Positions 1-11,597 are shown, numbered from the stretch's first letter. The stretch is DNA of 64,000 nt from Candidatus Chazhemtobacterium aquaticus (GCF_009936135.1 NZ_CP047901.1:408984-472983); one strand, 5' to 3'. The notes: generated by a model from the sequence alone, not told the origin. Translations and numbers: made by a program.

Positions 1-740
1 TTGAATCAGCCAGAATCAATTTTGATCAACAAAAAACTACCAAAGAAGAAAAGCAAGCCGAAATAGAAAGTCTAAAAACCACCCTTGAGAGTCAAAAACA
101 AGTTCTTGGCGCTCAAGAATCCCAAAAACAACAACTTCTAACCGAAACACAAAACAACGAAAAACGTTACCAGCAAATGCTTTCAGATGCTCAAAGACAA
201 CTCGCCGCTTTTAGACGGTTTGTCACTGATCAAGGAGGCGCCTCAATTCTATCTAATCAAACTAGCTGTGACAGTTGGGGGTGTTACTACAATCAACGTG
301 ACAGCCAATGGGGTAATCAGTTAATTGGCTTATCATCAGACAGCACAATGAAAGAATATGGATGCCTTGTTACCTCAATGGCAATAATCGCATCTCATTA
401 CGGTAAATCACTGACACCAGGACAGATTGCTGCGAGTTCAGATCCTTTTTGGCTTAATACCGCTTACATGAGGCAAGGCCAATGGACTGTTAATGGGGTT
501 ACCATGAATAGGACTAGACTTGGATCTTCTCGTAGTCTTATTGATTCAGAACTTGAATCCAATAGACCCGTTGTGGTCGGCATTTACGGTGGTCCTGATC
601 ACTTCATCGTCATTAAATCAAAGGTGGATGGGGAATACATTATGAACGACCCTTTTATCGAGAATGGGAAGGATGTCAAATTTACCGATAAGTACCCCCT
701 TGAGGCAATTTCTGCCGTCGATCGCGTTGTTGTTAACTAG
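1..740 (+). CDS. 5'-partial coiled-coil protein with C-terminal C39-like (papain-fold) cysteine peptidase domain
   Basis: Frame 3 is open from base 3 with no stop, so the gene continues upstream of the window. The N-terminal part is Q/E/K-rich heptad-like (coiled-coil). The C-terminal ~150 aa has the C39-like pattern: Cys in 'GCLVTSMAII', 'PVVVGIYGGPDHFIVI' with His, then 'DP'. Confidence 0.55.
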   Translation, partial: ESARINFDQQKTTKEEKQAEIESLKTTLESQKQVLGAQESQKQQLLTETQNNEKRYQQMLSDAQRQLAAFRRFVTDQGGASILSNQTSCDSWGCYYNQRDSQWGNQLIGLSSDSTMKEYGCLVTSMAIIASHYGKSLTPGQIAASSDPFWLNTAYMRQGQWTVNGVTMNRTRLGSSRSLIDSELESNRPVVVGIYGGPDHFIVIKSKVDGEYIMNDPFIENGKDVKFTDKYPLEAISAVDRVVVN

Positions 741-770
741 TCACTAAACTTCTCTGCTAAACTCGATTTA

Positions 771-1631
771 ATGCGACAAACCCTTTTGGTCGTAGCTATT
801 CTCACGCTAATTACTTCTTCTGTTTCTCGAGCCAATGCCCTAGTTGTCATTAACGAATTTTGCCCTAATTGTGATCCAGAGTGGGTCGAGTTGTACAACG
901 ATTCCGAAATATCTATCGACCTATCCGGCTGGGAAATCCAAGATGGTAACACTAAATCTACCGATGATCTAACTATCTCAGGTGAGATACCTTCTCAAGG
1001 TATGGCTGTTTATGAGCATCCAAAAGGATGGCTTAACGACTCTAGTGACATCATCAATCTTTATGATAATACAGACAATACTTCACCTGTAGATTCATAC
1101 TCATACACATCGACAGAAGCAGACAAAACATACTCTCGCATTCCTGATGGTTTCGGTGACTTCATTATTACAGATCCAACTAAGGGAGGTTTCAATCAAC
1201 CAGAAGTTACCGCTGAACCAACTGCTACAATCTCATCAAGCCCAACCTTATCTCCAACTCAGATTATCACTACATCTCCTACCCAAACCATTGCCACTTC
1301 TCCGACCCCAACTATGTATAAAACGAACCCGGTTATTGTTGCGACTCCAACCCGAATATTCTCTACTCCGCTAACAACAAAGCCAGACAACCAAGTCAAT
1401 CCAAGCTCTACACTCTCAACTGCTTCTTCTTTTCCCGCCTCAGAAAGCTCTAAAAACACGATCTACCCCGATCTCGTCTTGGGAGAATCGACTCACCCTG
1501 AATTGGCATCAAACGCTAGTGAACCATCTCAGTCAGTCTTAAAAATGCCAATTATAATTACTAGTTCTGGATTGTTGATACTCATATCATTTTTTTCATA
1601 TGTTCTCTACTCTCGAAACCTCAAGAGCTAG
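771..1631 (+). CDS. Secreted/surface protein with lamin-tail domain (LTD), S/T/P-rich stalk and C-terminal TM anchor
   Basis: Signal peptide 'MRQTLLVVAILTLITSSVSRANA'. LTD signature 'LVVINEF..DPEWVELYN..IDLSGWEIQDG'. Long Thr/Ser/Pro-rich linker. C-terminal hydrophobic helix followed by 'RNLKS'. Confidence 0.65.
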   Translation: MRQTLLVVAILTLITSSVSRANALVVINEFCPNCDPEWVELYNDSEISIDLSGWEIQDGNTKSTDDLTISGEIPSQGMAVYEHPKGWLNDSSDIINLYDNTDNTSPVDSYSYTSTEADKTYSRIPDGFGDFIITDPTKGGFNQPEVTAEPTATISSSPTLSPTQIITTSPTQTIATSPTPTMYKTNPVIVATPTRIFSTPLTTKPDNQVNPSSTLSTASSFPASESSKNTIYPDLVLGESTHPELASNASEPSQSVLKMPIIITSSGLLILISFFSYVLYSRNLKS

Positions 1632-1652
1632 CGTGGTGATAAAATAGCCTCA

Positions 1653-2030
1653 ATGGCTCACAAAGGCAATAAACCTCAAATAGTTTTACTTAGAACAATC
1701 TATCTGTGGCTGCCTGTTTTCATCTGGATGGGAGTTATCTTCTTTCTTTCAGCCCAACCAGTTCTAAAATCCAACCAAAGCTTTCTTCTCGACTTTTTAA
1801 TAAAAAAGGGTGCTCATGCATTTGAATATGCTCTCTTATTTATACTCTTGTCGCGTGCTCGGAACTATCAACACCACATGACCACTTTTTTGTTCACTCT
1901 TTTATACGCATTTATTGACGAGACACATCAACTCTTCACACCTGGACGAACTGGTACAATTCGCGACGTTCTTTTTTTTGACCTATTAGGCATAATACTA
2001 GCCTGGCTTTATGTGCCGACACGCAAATGA
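1653..2030 (+). CDS. VanZ-like family membrane protein
   Basis: Three to four TM helices. VanZ motifs 'KGAHAFEYALLF' and 'DETHQLFTPGRTGTIRDVLFD'. Confidence 0.6.
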   Translation: MAHKGNKPQIVLLRTIYLWLPVFIWMGVIFFLSAQPVLKSNQSFLLDFLIKKGAHAFEYALLFILLSRARNYQHHMTTFLFTLLYAFIDETHQLFTPGRTGTIRDVLFFDLLGIILAWLYVPTRK

Positions 2031-2479
2031 CTAAAACTTTTGTCACTCACTCATCAAAACAGACTCAACAAATAGGGAAGGACATGGCAGCCTCTACTCT
2101 TCCAGGTCACCCCATTGTTCTCATGGGCGACCTTGGATCAGGTAAAACTACATTCGTTCAAGGATTTGGTTCATATTTTGGATTTAAACGAATGACTTCT
2201 CCAACCTACACCTTCATTAAGTCGTACAAAATCACCAGTCAAATATCAGAAAACACAAGCTACTGGATCAATCACGTCGATCTCTATCGGGCTGCCACGA
2301 TAAGTGACATTCACAACCTTGGTATACCTGACTTGCTTCACGACCCACTATCCTGGACCTTAATTGAATGGCCTGAACTAATTCTTAATCTCCTACCTAA
2401 AAAAACAATAATAATAAAGTTTACTCAATCAGATAAAAATATGAGAAAAATAGTTGTATCCCACAATCAGACAATATGA
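2027..2479 (+). CDS. tsaE: tRNA threonylcarbamoyladenosine biosynthesis ATPase TsaE
   Basis: P-loop 'GDLGSGKTTFVQG' and 'SPTYTF' motif as in E. coli YjeE/TsaE. ATGA start overlaps the previous stop. Confidence 0.7.
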   Translation: MTKTFVTHSSKQTQQIGKDMAASTLPGHPIVLMGDLGSGKTTFVQGFGSYFGFKRMTSPTYTFIKSYKITSQISENTSYWINHVDLYRAATISDIHNLGIPDLLHDPLSWTLIEWPELILNLLPKKTIIIKFTQSDKNMRKIVVSHNQTI

Positions 2480-2817
2480 TTTTATACATTGATACTACAA
2501 ATAGTTTAAAAACAATCATTGAAATCAATGACATGCGATTTGTCCAGAATTATTCCTCTCCTCGAGAACAAAACACTCTTCTATTTATTGACAGAGTCCT
2601 CAAAGACAATAATGTTAATCTTAACGACATTACATCCATTAAGGTAAACCCTGGCCCTGGATCATTCACTGGAACCAGAGTTGGAGTAACAATTGCCAAT
2701 ACTCTCGCTCAGTCACTCAATATACCCATCAATGGAAAAAAAACACCAATCAATGTCAATTACGAAAACCCTCCCAATATTACAAAACCAAAAACAGCTC
2801 GAGTCGTTATTAAATAA
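2476..2817 (+). CDS. tsaB: TsaB/YeaZ-like protein, N-terminal half only (113 aa)
   Basis: 'IKVNPGPGSFTGTRVGVTIANTLAQSLNIPI' matches the TsaB 'GPGSFTGxRIG' core. The ORF stops after about half the normal length. Confidence 0.55.
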   Translation: MILYIDTTNSLKTIIEINDMRFVQNYSSPREQNTLLFIDRVLKDNNVNLNDITSIKVNPGPGSFTGTRVGVTIANTLAQSLNIPINGKKTPINVNYENPPNITKPKTARVVIK

Positions 2818-2827
2818 TTATGACAAA

Positions 2828-3811
2828 ATGAAAGTCCTTGTTGTTGGAGGTGCCGGGTACATTGGTAGTATTACCAATTCAGAGCTTAAAAAAGCCAACT
2901 TTGAAACTGTTGTCTTCGATTCGCTTGAAAATGGTCATAAATGGGCTATAAAAAACACCAAACTAATCAGGGGTAATCTCCTCAACATTGATGAAATTAA
3001 AAACGCACTAAAATCTGAAAAGCCAGATGGTGTTATCCACTTCGCGGCATACATCGAAGCGGGAGAATCTATGATCGATCCAGCGAAATACTATCGCAAC
3101 AACATCATTGGATCTCTTAACCTGCTTGACGCAATGGTTCAGACGAATGCAAACAACCTAGTTTTTTCTTCAACTGCAGCCGTTTACGGAAATCCAAAAA
3201 GGATTCCTATAGCTGAGAAATCGCCAAAAAAACCCACGAATTGTTATGGAGAAACTAAGCTAGCCGTTGAAAAGATGATCAAATGGTTCCATAAGATTCA
3301 CAATATTAACTATGTCACATTGCGTTATTTCAATGCATCAGGTGCCACAATTGACGGGTCTCTCGGAGAAGCTCATCAACCTGAATCGCATATTATTCCA
3401 ATTTTTTTAACACATATCCTTCAAGAGAGAGATTTTGCAATCTTTGGCGATGACTACAACACTCCTGATGGCACCTGTGTTAGAGACTATATTCATGTGA
3501 ATGACCTAGCTTCTGCCCATATTCTCGCCCTTAAGGCACTTCTAAGCAAGCAGAATCACAAGATCAATACTGCGTATAACGTTGGTACTGGCAAAGGGTA
3601 TTCGAACAAGGAGATTGCCGAGAAAATTATTCAAATCACAAAAACAAAGAATTCATATCAAATAGAGCCTAGACGCTCAGGAGATCCGGATGAATTAGTC
3701 GCCAATTCTAACAAGATAAAGCAAGTACTAAATTGGTCCCCCAAACATTCTGATTTGGAAACAATCATCACCACGGCCTTCAGGTGGCACAACAAATACA
3801 ACACAGCTTGA
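2828..3811 (+). CDS. galE: UDP-glucose 4-epimerase
   Basis: 'MKVLVVGGAGYIGS' Rossmann motif and 'YGETK' catalytic motif; ~327 aa SDR-family epimerase. Start chosen at the ATG at 2828. The longer ORF-track start at 2693 overlaps tsaB. Confidence 0.85.
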   Translation: MKVLVVGGAGYIGSITNSELKKANFETVVFDSLENGHKWAIKNTKLIRGNLLNIDEIKNALKSEKPDGVIHFAAYIEAGESMIDPAKYYRNNIIGSLNLLDAMVQTNANNLVFSSTAAVYGNPKRIPIAEKSPKKPTNCYGETKLAVEKMIKWFHKIHNINYVTLRYFNASGATIDGSLGEAHQPESHIIPIFLTHILQERDFAIFGDDYNTPDGTCVRDYIHVNDLASAHILALKALLSKQNHKINTAYNVGTGKGYSNKEIAEKIIQITKTKNSYQIEPRRSGDPDELVANSNKIKQVLNWSPKHSDLETIITTAFRWHNKYNTA

Positions 3812-4043
3812 TTACTTAGTTGTGTCAGTGTAAAATACTGACCACAGCCTACGCAGCGATTTCACTGCTTTTTGTGTTGTTTTTGTAGTTCATTTACAGC
3901 GTGAGCCTGTAATCAGGTTCACTACATCACATCTATCACATCTTAATGCATAAGCAAAGTTATCTGAGATGTGACAGGAAGTGCGATTCTTAAGTCAAGA
4001 ACTTAAATTTGAACCTTTATTAAAGGTTCGGATTAAACTCTTT

Positions 4044-5520
<1,477 letters not shown>

Positions 5521-5650
5521 AGGAGTATCAAAAAGGGATTTTCACGAGTCCGCCCGCAAGGGAAGCATACGCCAGACCATTGTGGTTGGGTCTTTAAAAC
5601 TAATTCACGGCGCAATTTCCTGTCACTTCTCAGATAATTCAAACAATCTA

Positions 5651-5677
5651 AAACCCACTTAATGTGGGTTTTTGTGT
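5651..5677 (+). terminator. Terminator-like hairpin plus T-run inside the 16S–tRNA-Ile spacer (or processing stem)
   Basis: 'AAAACCCAC-TTAAT-GTGGGTTTTTG': perfect 6–9 bp stem followed by a T-run. Confidence 0.35.
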
Positions 5678-5706
5678 GCCTATCTGTTAAAATAAACCAT
5701 CACTCC

Positions 5707-5783
5707 GGGCGATTAGCTCAGTCGGTTAGAGCGCGGTCCTGATAAGACCGAGGTCCTTGGTTCGATTCCAAGATCGCCCACCA
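5707..5783 (+). tRNA. tRNA-Ile (anticodon GAT), CCA encoded
   Basis: Cloverleaf folded by hand: acceptor GGGCGAT/ATCGCCC, anticodon stem CGGTC/GACCG with loop CTGATAA, T-loop TTCGATT, 3' ACCA. Confidence 0.95.
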
Positions 5784-5958
5784 ATTCAGACATTCTTTCC
5801 CATAATGTGTCATAATGTACTCACGTAATTACCTGTATGTACCTCATACAGCGGGAGAGTGAAGCAAAGTTAGTCTGATCCACCAAGTAATTCACGTTAT
5901 ATATCAAGTTGAGTGAGTCAACGTACTTTAGTATTGATTCATCAATTTACCTTTTCCC

Positions 5959-6222
5959 ATGGCTAAAAAACTATATGTAGGGAATATTAGTTATCAATTT
6001 ACTGACGAACAGCTCAAACAGTTGTTCGAAGAGGTGGGACCTGTTACTTCTGCCACCATCATCATGGACAAATTCTCCGGACGCAGCAAAGGCTTCGGTT
6101 TTGTAGAGTTCGAAAAAGACGAAGATGCTGATGCCGCTATTGAAAAATTCAATGGCCAAGAGGTTGACGGTCGTGCTTTGAATGTAAATGTTGCCCGTCC
6201 TCCCAAGGAAAGCAATAACTAA
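5959..6222 (+). CDS. RRM-type RNA-binding protein (87 aa)
   Basis: RNP-2 'LYVGNI' and RNP-1 'KGFGFVEF'. It lies between tRNA-Ile and tRNA-Ala of the rRNA locus. Confidence 0.8.
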   Translation: MAKKLYVGNISYQFTDEQLKQLFEEVGPVTSATIIMDKFSGRSKGFGFVEFEKDEDADAAIEKFNGQEVDGRALNVNVARPPKESNN

Positions 6223-6240
6223 AAAAACTCTTTAGTAACA

Positions 6241-6268
6241 AAAGCCCGGGTTAATCCCGGGCTTTTTG
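6241..6268 (+). terminator. Rho-independent terminator after the RRM gene
   Basis: 'AGCCCGGG-TTAAT-CCCGGGCT' then TTTTTG. Confidence 0.7.
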
Positions 6269-6526
6269 TATTCACTGCAAAACTCATTTGTTACAATGTG
6301 CCCATCGCTCATCACAATTAGGAGGCTGTATGTTAGAGGGTAAGGCTTCTCCTCACCGGTGTATTTTTACTAGGTTTCTAAAAAGGAAACCAAACCCCAC
6401 GCAATATCACACTTACCAGTATAGCAGCAGAGGATTACTACGAGCCAAGCGCCTGGCAGATATGAGAGCCAGGCAAAATCAACCTCAGAAATCCTGAACC
6501 GGGAAGCCGGTAGCGCACCCTCAGCC

Positions 6527-7180
6527 CTACCGGCTTTCTTTTTCTCTAAAGACACTCACACCATTGGATATTTCATCCCCAATACTCGTCTCTTCACCAT
6601 GTCCAGGCATCACCCTAGTTTCTTTAGGCAACTTGCTTAATCCAATTAGACTCGTTCTCATGGCCTCGGGATCAGAATAACTAAAATCCACTCTCCCGAT
6701 CCCATTTTTAAACAACACATCTCCACTAAATAACACACCACGTTTCTCACTATACAAACACACACTTCCTGGGGTATGACCCGGCACTTCAATCACTTTA
6801 AAAACCTCTTCTCCAAATTTAATCAAATCCCCATTTTTCACCCATTGATCCACCTTAGGCATCGGCAAACCTCTTTGCCCAGTCCAATACTCGCGACTTC
6901 TGCCAGACTCAACATATATCCTTTCATCATTTTTGTTCATTAATATTAAAGCCTGATAATTAAGTTTAACTTCCAACACCGCTTGCACGTGATCAAAATG
7001 ACCGTGTGTCAAAAAGATCGCCTTTATCTTAATCTGCTCACGCATAATCTCCTCAGAAATGAACTCACCCTCATCCCCCGGATCAATAACAATACCCTCT
7101 CTACTTCCCTCATCCCATACCAAATAGCAATTAGCTTTAAGCTCACCAACCGGCAACTTTTTTATCTTCATAACACCCAT
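6527..7180 (-). CDS. MBL-fold metallo-hydrolase (glyoxalase II-like)
   Basis: 'THGHFDH' metal-binding motif, plus later conserved His/Asp ('VPGHTPGS', 'SGDVLF', 'PGHG'). Start taken at the internal Met 'MGVMKIKK'; the ORF-track start at 7273 is probably too long. Confidence 0.8.
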   Translation of the reverse strand: MGVMKIKKLPVGELKANCYLVWDEGSREGIVIDPGDEGEFISEEIMREQIKIKAIFLTHGHFDHVQAVLEVKLNYQALILMNKNDERIYVESGRSREYWTGQRGLPMPKVDQWVKNGDLIKFGEEVFKVIEVPGHTPGSVCLYSEKRGVLFSGDVLFKNGIGRVDFSYSDPEAMRTSLIGLSKLPKETRVMPGHGEETSIGDEISNGVSVFREKESR

Positions 7181-7317
7181 CCTCTTATATTGCCCAAACC
7201 CTTTCCAAAGATCAAATCTCCTGATATAATACGCCTTGCCGGAAGAGCCATTGATATGCCAAAGTCTTACCAAACCAAGACCCCTATTTCCTAATCAGTA
7301 AGCACCTTTGGACTAAT

Positions 7318-7345
7318 AGCCTCCGGAAACGGAGCTTTTTTATTT
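7318..7345 (+). terminator. Plus-strand hairpin plus T-run upstream of tRNA-Ala/23S (possible insulating terminator)
   Basis: 'CTCCG-GAAA-CGGAG' followed by 'CTTTTTTATTTTT'. No plus-strand gene lies upstream of it. Confidence 0.4.
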
Positions 7346-7392
7346 TTAAACCGCACTTTACCTACAGCCTACCTCGTTAACATATAAAACGA

Positions 7393-7468
7393 GGGCCGCT
7401 AGCTCATCTGGTAGAGCACTTCATTTGCAATGAAGAGGTGGCCGGTTCGAGCCCGGCGCGGTCCACCA
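7393..7468 (+). tRNA. tRNA-Ala (anticodon TGC), CCA encoded
   Basis: Acceptor GGGCCGC/GCGGTCC with the G3:U70 alanine identity pair; anticodon loop TTTGCAA; T-loop TTCGAGC. Confidence 0.95.
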
Positions 7469-8109
7469 ATGACCACCAACCAGTGATTTTTCATTTTTAA
7501 AAGTCACTGCTTGTTGGCACATTGCTCAACATAATTGGTTCTTTGACAAGTGAATAGAACAAACTTGCATCTTAAGTGATGCAATTTGGTCGCATGAATC
7601 CGCCTCAAAACGGATTCAAAAATAGCAAAATTTCAAATTTAATTTATTCGCGAAAAGTAGATAGCGGATGCCTAGGCAATAAGAGCCGAAGAAGGACGTT
7701 TTAAGCCCGCGAAAGTCGCCGGGGAGCTGGCAAAAAGCTTCGATCCGGCGGTGTCCGAATGGGGTAACCCCCTCTGATTCAAACCAGAGGAGCTTGACGT
7801 GTAATGTGTCAAGTTGGTAAGTCGGGGAACTGAAATATCTAAGTACCCGGAAGAAAAGAAATCGCAGAGATTCCCTGAGTAAGCGACGAGCGAAAAGGGA
7901 ACAGCCCAAACCCAATTTATTGGGGGTTGTAGGGCTCTCATACGCTACAGGTAAGGTTAGAAAAACAATCATGGAATGGAAGGCCATAGAAGGTGAAAGC
8001 CCTGTATTCAAAAACCAAGCCTGAGTAGAGAGACTCCTGAGTACTTCTGGAGACGGCAAACTCCAGTAGGAATCTGGGCCGACCACGGTCCAAGGCTAAA
8101 TACTCTTAT

Positions 8110-8150
<41 letters not shown>

Positions 8151-10247
8151 ACGGGTGAGACACCCTGTGAAAAGATCCTGAAACTATCTACTAACAAACA
8201 GTCAGAGCCGTGCTTGCACGGTGATGGCGTGCCTATTGAAGAATGAGCCGGCGAGTTATTCCATACAGCAAGGTTAAGCATTTTCCGATGCGAAGCCGAA
8301 GGGAAACCGAGTCCTAACAGGGCGACTTAGTTGTGTGGGGTAGACCCGAAACCAGGTGAGCTAACCATGAGCAGGGTGAAGCGAGGGTAAAATCTCGTGG
8401 AGGCCCGAACCGTTGTATGTCGCAAAATGCTCGGATGACTTGTGGTTAGGGGTAAAATGCCAAACGAACCTGGAGATAGCTGGTTCTCTCCGAAACACGT
8501 CTAGGCGTGGTCTCGTGTAAAAGTTTGTCGGGGGTAGAGCACTGAATGGGCCTTGGGACGCAAGTTCTAATGTCCAATCAAACTCCGAATACCGACGTAA
8601 TGTTTCACGGGAATCAGTGCCCGGGGGCTAAGCTCCGGGGGCGAAAGGGAAACATCCCAGATCTTCGTGTAAGGTCTCTAAATATATGCTAAGTGGGAAA
8701 GGAAGTCATTATCCTCAGACACCTAGGAGGTCGGCTTAGAAGCAGCCATCCTTTAAAGAAAGCGTAACAGCTCACTAGCCGAGGGTCGTGGCGCCGAAGA
8801 TGTAACGAGGCTCAAGCATATTACCGAACACAAGGGTTCCAGTTTACTGGAACGGTAGGAGAGCGTTCTTGTGGCGTTGAAGGCAGACTGTAAGGTCTGT
8901 TGGAGCAGCAAGAAGTGAGAATGCTGGCATAAGTAGCGAAATTGGAGTGCGAATCTCCAACACCGAACACCCAAGGTTTCCAACGCCACGTTCGTCGACG
9001 TTGGGTTAGGCGGCCCTAAGGCGAGGCCATTTGGCGTAGCCGATGGATTACCGGTTGATATTCCGGTTCTTGTACAGGATCGTTATGAGTTGGGGCGTGA
9101 CGTAATTGGCTATTCCGAGCGGTGTGATGAAGTTACACACGTTCAAGCAGTAAGTCAGTCTTGATAGGCAAATCCGTCAAGGCGTTTACACGAGCTGTTA
9201 ATACAAGGCTGCGGGCAACCAAGGCCGAGTCGGATGAAGTCAGTTACCGAGAAAAGCGTCGCAACCAGAGTCTGTGCAATCCGTACCGATAACCGACACT
9301 GGTGGGTGGGTCGAGAAGACCAAGGTGAGCGAGAGAACCTCTTTTAAGGAACTCGGCAAATTAGCTGGGCGTAACTTTGGGAGATGCCCTGCCTGTAGCA
9401 ATACAGGCCGCAGCAAATGATTGGGGAGGGACTGTTTAACAAAAACACAGGTCTATGCAAACTCGAAAGAGTCCGTATATGGGCTGAAACCTGCCCAGTG
9501 CCGGAAGGTTAATTGCGGGAGTGATCTGTCTTCGGACAGCTAGCTTCCAATCGAAGCCCCGGTGAACGGCAGCAGTAACTATAACTGTTCTATGGTAGCG
9601 TAATTCCTTGTCGGGTAAGTTCCGACGTGCACGAAAGGTTAAACCACTTCCCAACTGTCTTGAAAGAGGACTCGGCGAATTTGAAATGGCTGTGAAGATG
9701 CGGCCTACTAACAGAAGGACAAAAAGACCCCGTAGAGCTTTACTACAACTTGACACTGGGTTGTGTTTTCTAATTGTTTAGCATAGGAGGGAGGGCTTCA
9801 TTTATGTTGCCCGCCAATGAAATACCTCTCTTTAGAGAACGCAATCCTCACCTAAGTTGTCTGCAAACGGCAACAGAGACACTGTCTGGTGGGTAGTTTA
9901 ACTGGGGAGGTTGCTTGCTAAAGAGTAACGCAAGCGTACAAAGGTATCCTTAGTCTGGATGGAAACCAGACTGTAAGCACATGGGTATAAGGATGCTTAA
10001 CTGTGAGACATACAAGTCGATCAGAGACGAAAGTCGGTCCAAGTGATCCTCGTGCGCTTTGTGGAAGGCGCCGGGCTTAACGGATAAAAGCTACCTCGGG
10101 GATAACAGAGTAGTTGCACCTAAGCGTCCCTAGCGACGGTGCAGTTCGCTACCTCGATGTCGGCTCAGGGTATCCTGGGGGTGAAGAAGCTCCCAAGGGT
10201 TGGTCTGTTCGCCCATTAAAACCCTACGCGAGCTGGGTTCAGACCGT

Positions 10248-11018
10248 TCAGAAGCTAAATAATTGGCTTTTGAACCATCTGAACCCTTAAAAGACATCAA
10301 TTACGACGGCGCTCAACAGTAATGTTGAGATGAAAAAATCGACTCATATCGATGAACTCCTAACATGAACACTAACCTGTCATGTGTTAGGATAATATCG
10401 AGGGAAGTCGCAGTCCTGTATTTATGAAAAAAACGCTTCAAGCATATTTAGCTGGCTTCTTGGACGCAGATGGAAGTATTTATGTCCGTCTCAAACCAAA
10501 TTCTACCTATAGATACGACTATCAAGTCGCACCGTCAGTCGTCTTTTTTCAAAAAGACACTGAAAAAGAGTTCCTGAACAAGCTCCAAAAACAGGTAAAA
10601 CTAGGTTATTTACGATATCGTAAAGACGGCATTATTGAATACACAATAGGTGACAGAGAATCTATAAGAAAGATTATAGAAATCACTCTCCCCTATCTTC
10701 GTCTAAAAAAGAAACAAGCACAATTAATGCTAAACATTTTAGATTATTCCAAATCAGTTAATTCTGCTCAAGATTTTCTTGAGTTAGCAAAATTGATTGA
10801 TAAATTTGAGAAACTAAATTTTTCAAAAAAACGCACCATAAATACACAGAGGGTTCGTCACCATCTGCAACAAAAAGGATTGTTGACCCCGTAGAGACTC
10901 ATTCCAATGACAATGGAATGGAGTAATCACAAATTGATTACTAACACGTCGATCCCCTTATCAGAATTATAAGGGTGATGGTATAGTCCATGCTTCTAGT
11001 AATAGGAGAGATTACATG
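10248..11018 (+). mobile_element. Intron in 23S (group I-type inferred) at the E. coli ~2593-equivalent site, carrying a homing-endonuclease ORF
   Basis: 771 nt inserted between 'GTTCAGACCGT' and 'CGTGAGACAG', which are contiguous in intron-less 23S. 5' exon ends in U and the intron ends in G (group I convention). Exact boundaries are ±2 nt. Confidence 0.6.
10424..10894 (+). CDS. LAGLIDADG homing endonuclease, single-motif I-CreI-like
   Basis: 'YLAGFLDADGSIYVRLKPNSTY..' aligns by eye with I-CreI as recalled ('YLAGFVDGDGSIIAQIKPNQSY..GYVRDR..LKLKQKQANLVL'). One motif in 156 aa implies a homodimer type. Confidence 0.85.
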   Translation: MKKTLQAYLAGFLDADGSIYVRLKPNSTYRYDYQVAPSVVFFQKDTEKEFLNKLQKQVKLGYLRYRKDGIIEYTIGDRESIRKIIEITLPYLRLKKKQAQLMLNILDYSKSVNSAQDFLELAKLIDKFEKLNFSKKRTINTQRVRHHLQQKGLLTP

Positions 11019-11239
11019 CGTGAGACAGGTCGGTCTCTATCCTCTGTTAGCGTTAGATTCTTGAGGGAATTCGACTCTAGTACGAGAGGACCGAGTTGCG
11101 CCAATCCCTAGTGTGCCAGTTGTCACTGTCAAGTGCATCGCTGGGTAGCTACATTGGTTTGGGATAACTGCTGAAAGCATCTAAGCAGGAAGCCCTTCCC
11201 AAGATGAGGAATCTGTGGCTCTTTTAGAGCCGGGAGACT

Positions 11240-11277
<38 letters not shown>

Positions 11278-11421
11278 TGCAGTAATGCATTTAGCCAACC
11301 AGTACTAATAGTCAAAGAGTAAATTAAGTTTTTTGCTCTGCGACCATCTAAAACATTCTATTCACTTGCCAAGGGACTAAAAATCACCTAGCTCCAGGCA
11401 GCCCAAAACCTTGGACTGCTC

Positions 11422-11545
11422 ACTGCTCGGTGATCAGTGCGAAATGGCCCCACCTCTTCCCATTCCGAACAGAGTCGTGAAACGTTTCAGCGCCGACGAT
11501 AGTATTGTCCGCAAGGTTTTGCGAAAATAGGTCATCGCCGGGCAA
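11422..11545 (+). rRNA. rrf: 5S ribosomal RNA
   Basis: 'CCCCACCTCTTCCCATTCCGAACAGAGTCGTGAAACGTTTCAGCGCCGACGATAGTATTG' matches the 5S loop B–C core. The terminal helix pairs the 5' 'TGCTCGGTGATCAG' with the 3' 'GTCATCGCCGGGCAA' segment. Confidence 0.8.
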
Positions 11546-11549
11546 CCAA

Positions 11550-11578
11550 AACACCCACCTTCATCGGTGGGTTTTTTG
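11550..11578 (+). terminator. Rho-independent terminator closing the 23S–5S unit
   Basis: 'ACACCCACC-TTCATC-GGTGGGT' then TTTTTTG. Confidence 0.7.
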
Positions 11579-11597
11579 TATCGACCTTACTTAATCC

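Noticed and set aside
5971-6215. Antisense ORFs 5971..6159(-) and 5994..6215(-)
   Set aside because: They overlap the well-supported RRM protein gene on the opposite strand.
6983-7294. ORF 6983..7294(+), 103 aa
   Set aside because: It is antisense within the MBL-hydrolase gene, low complexity, with no motifs.
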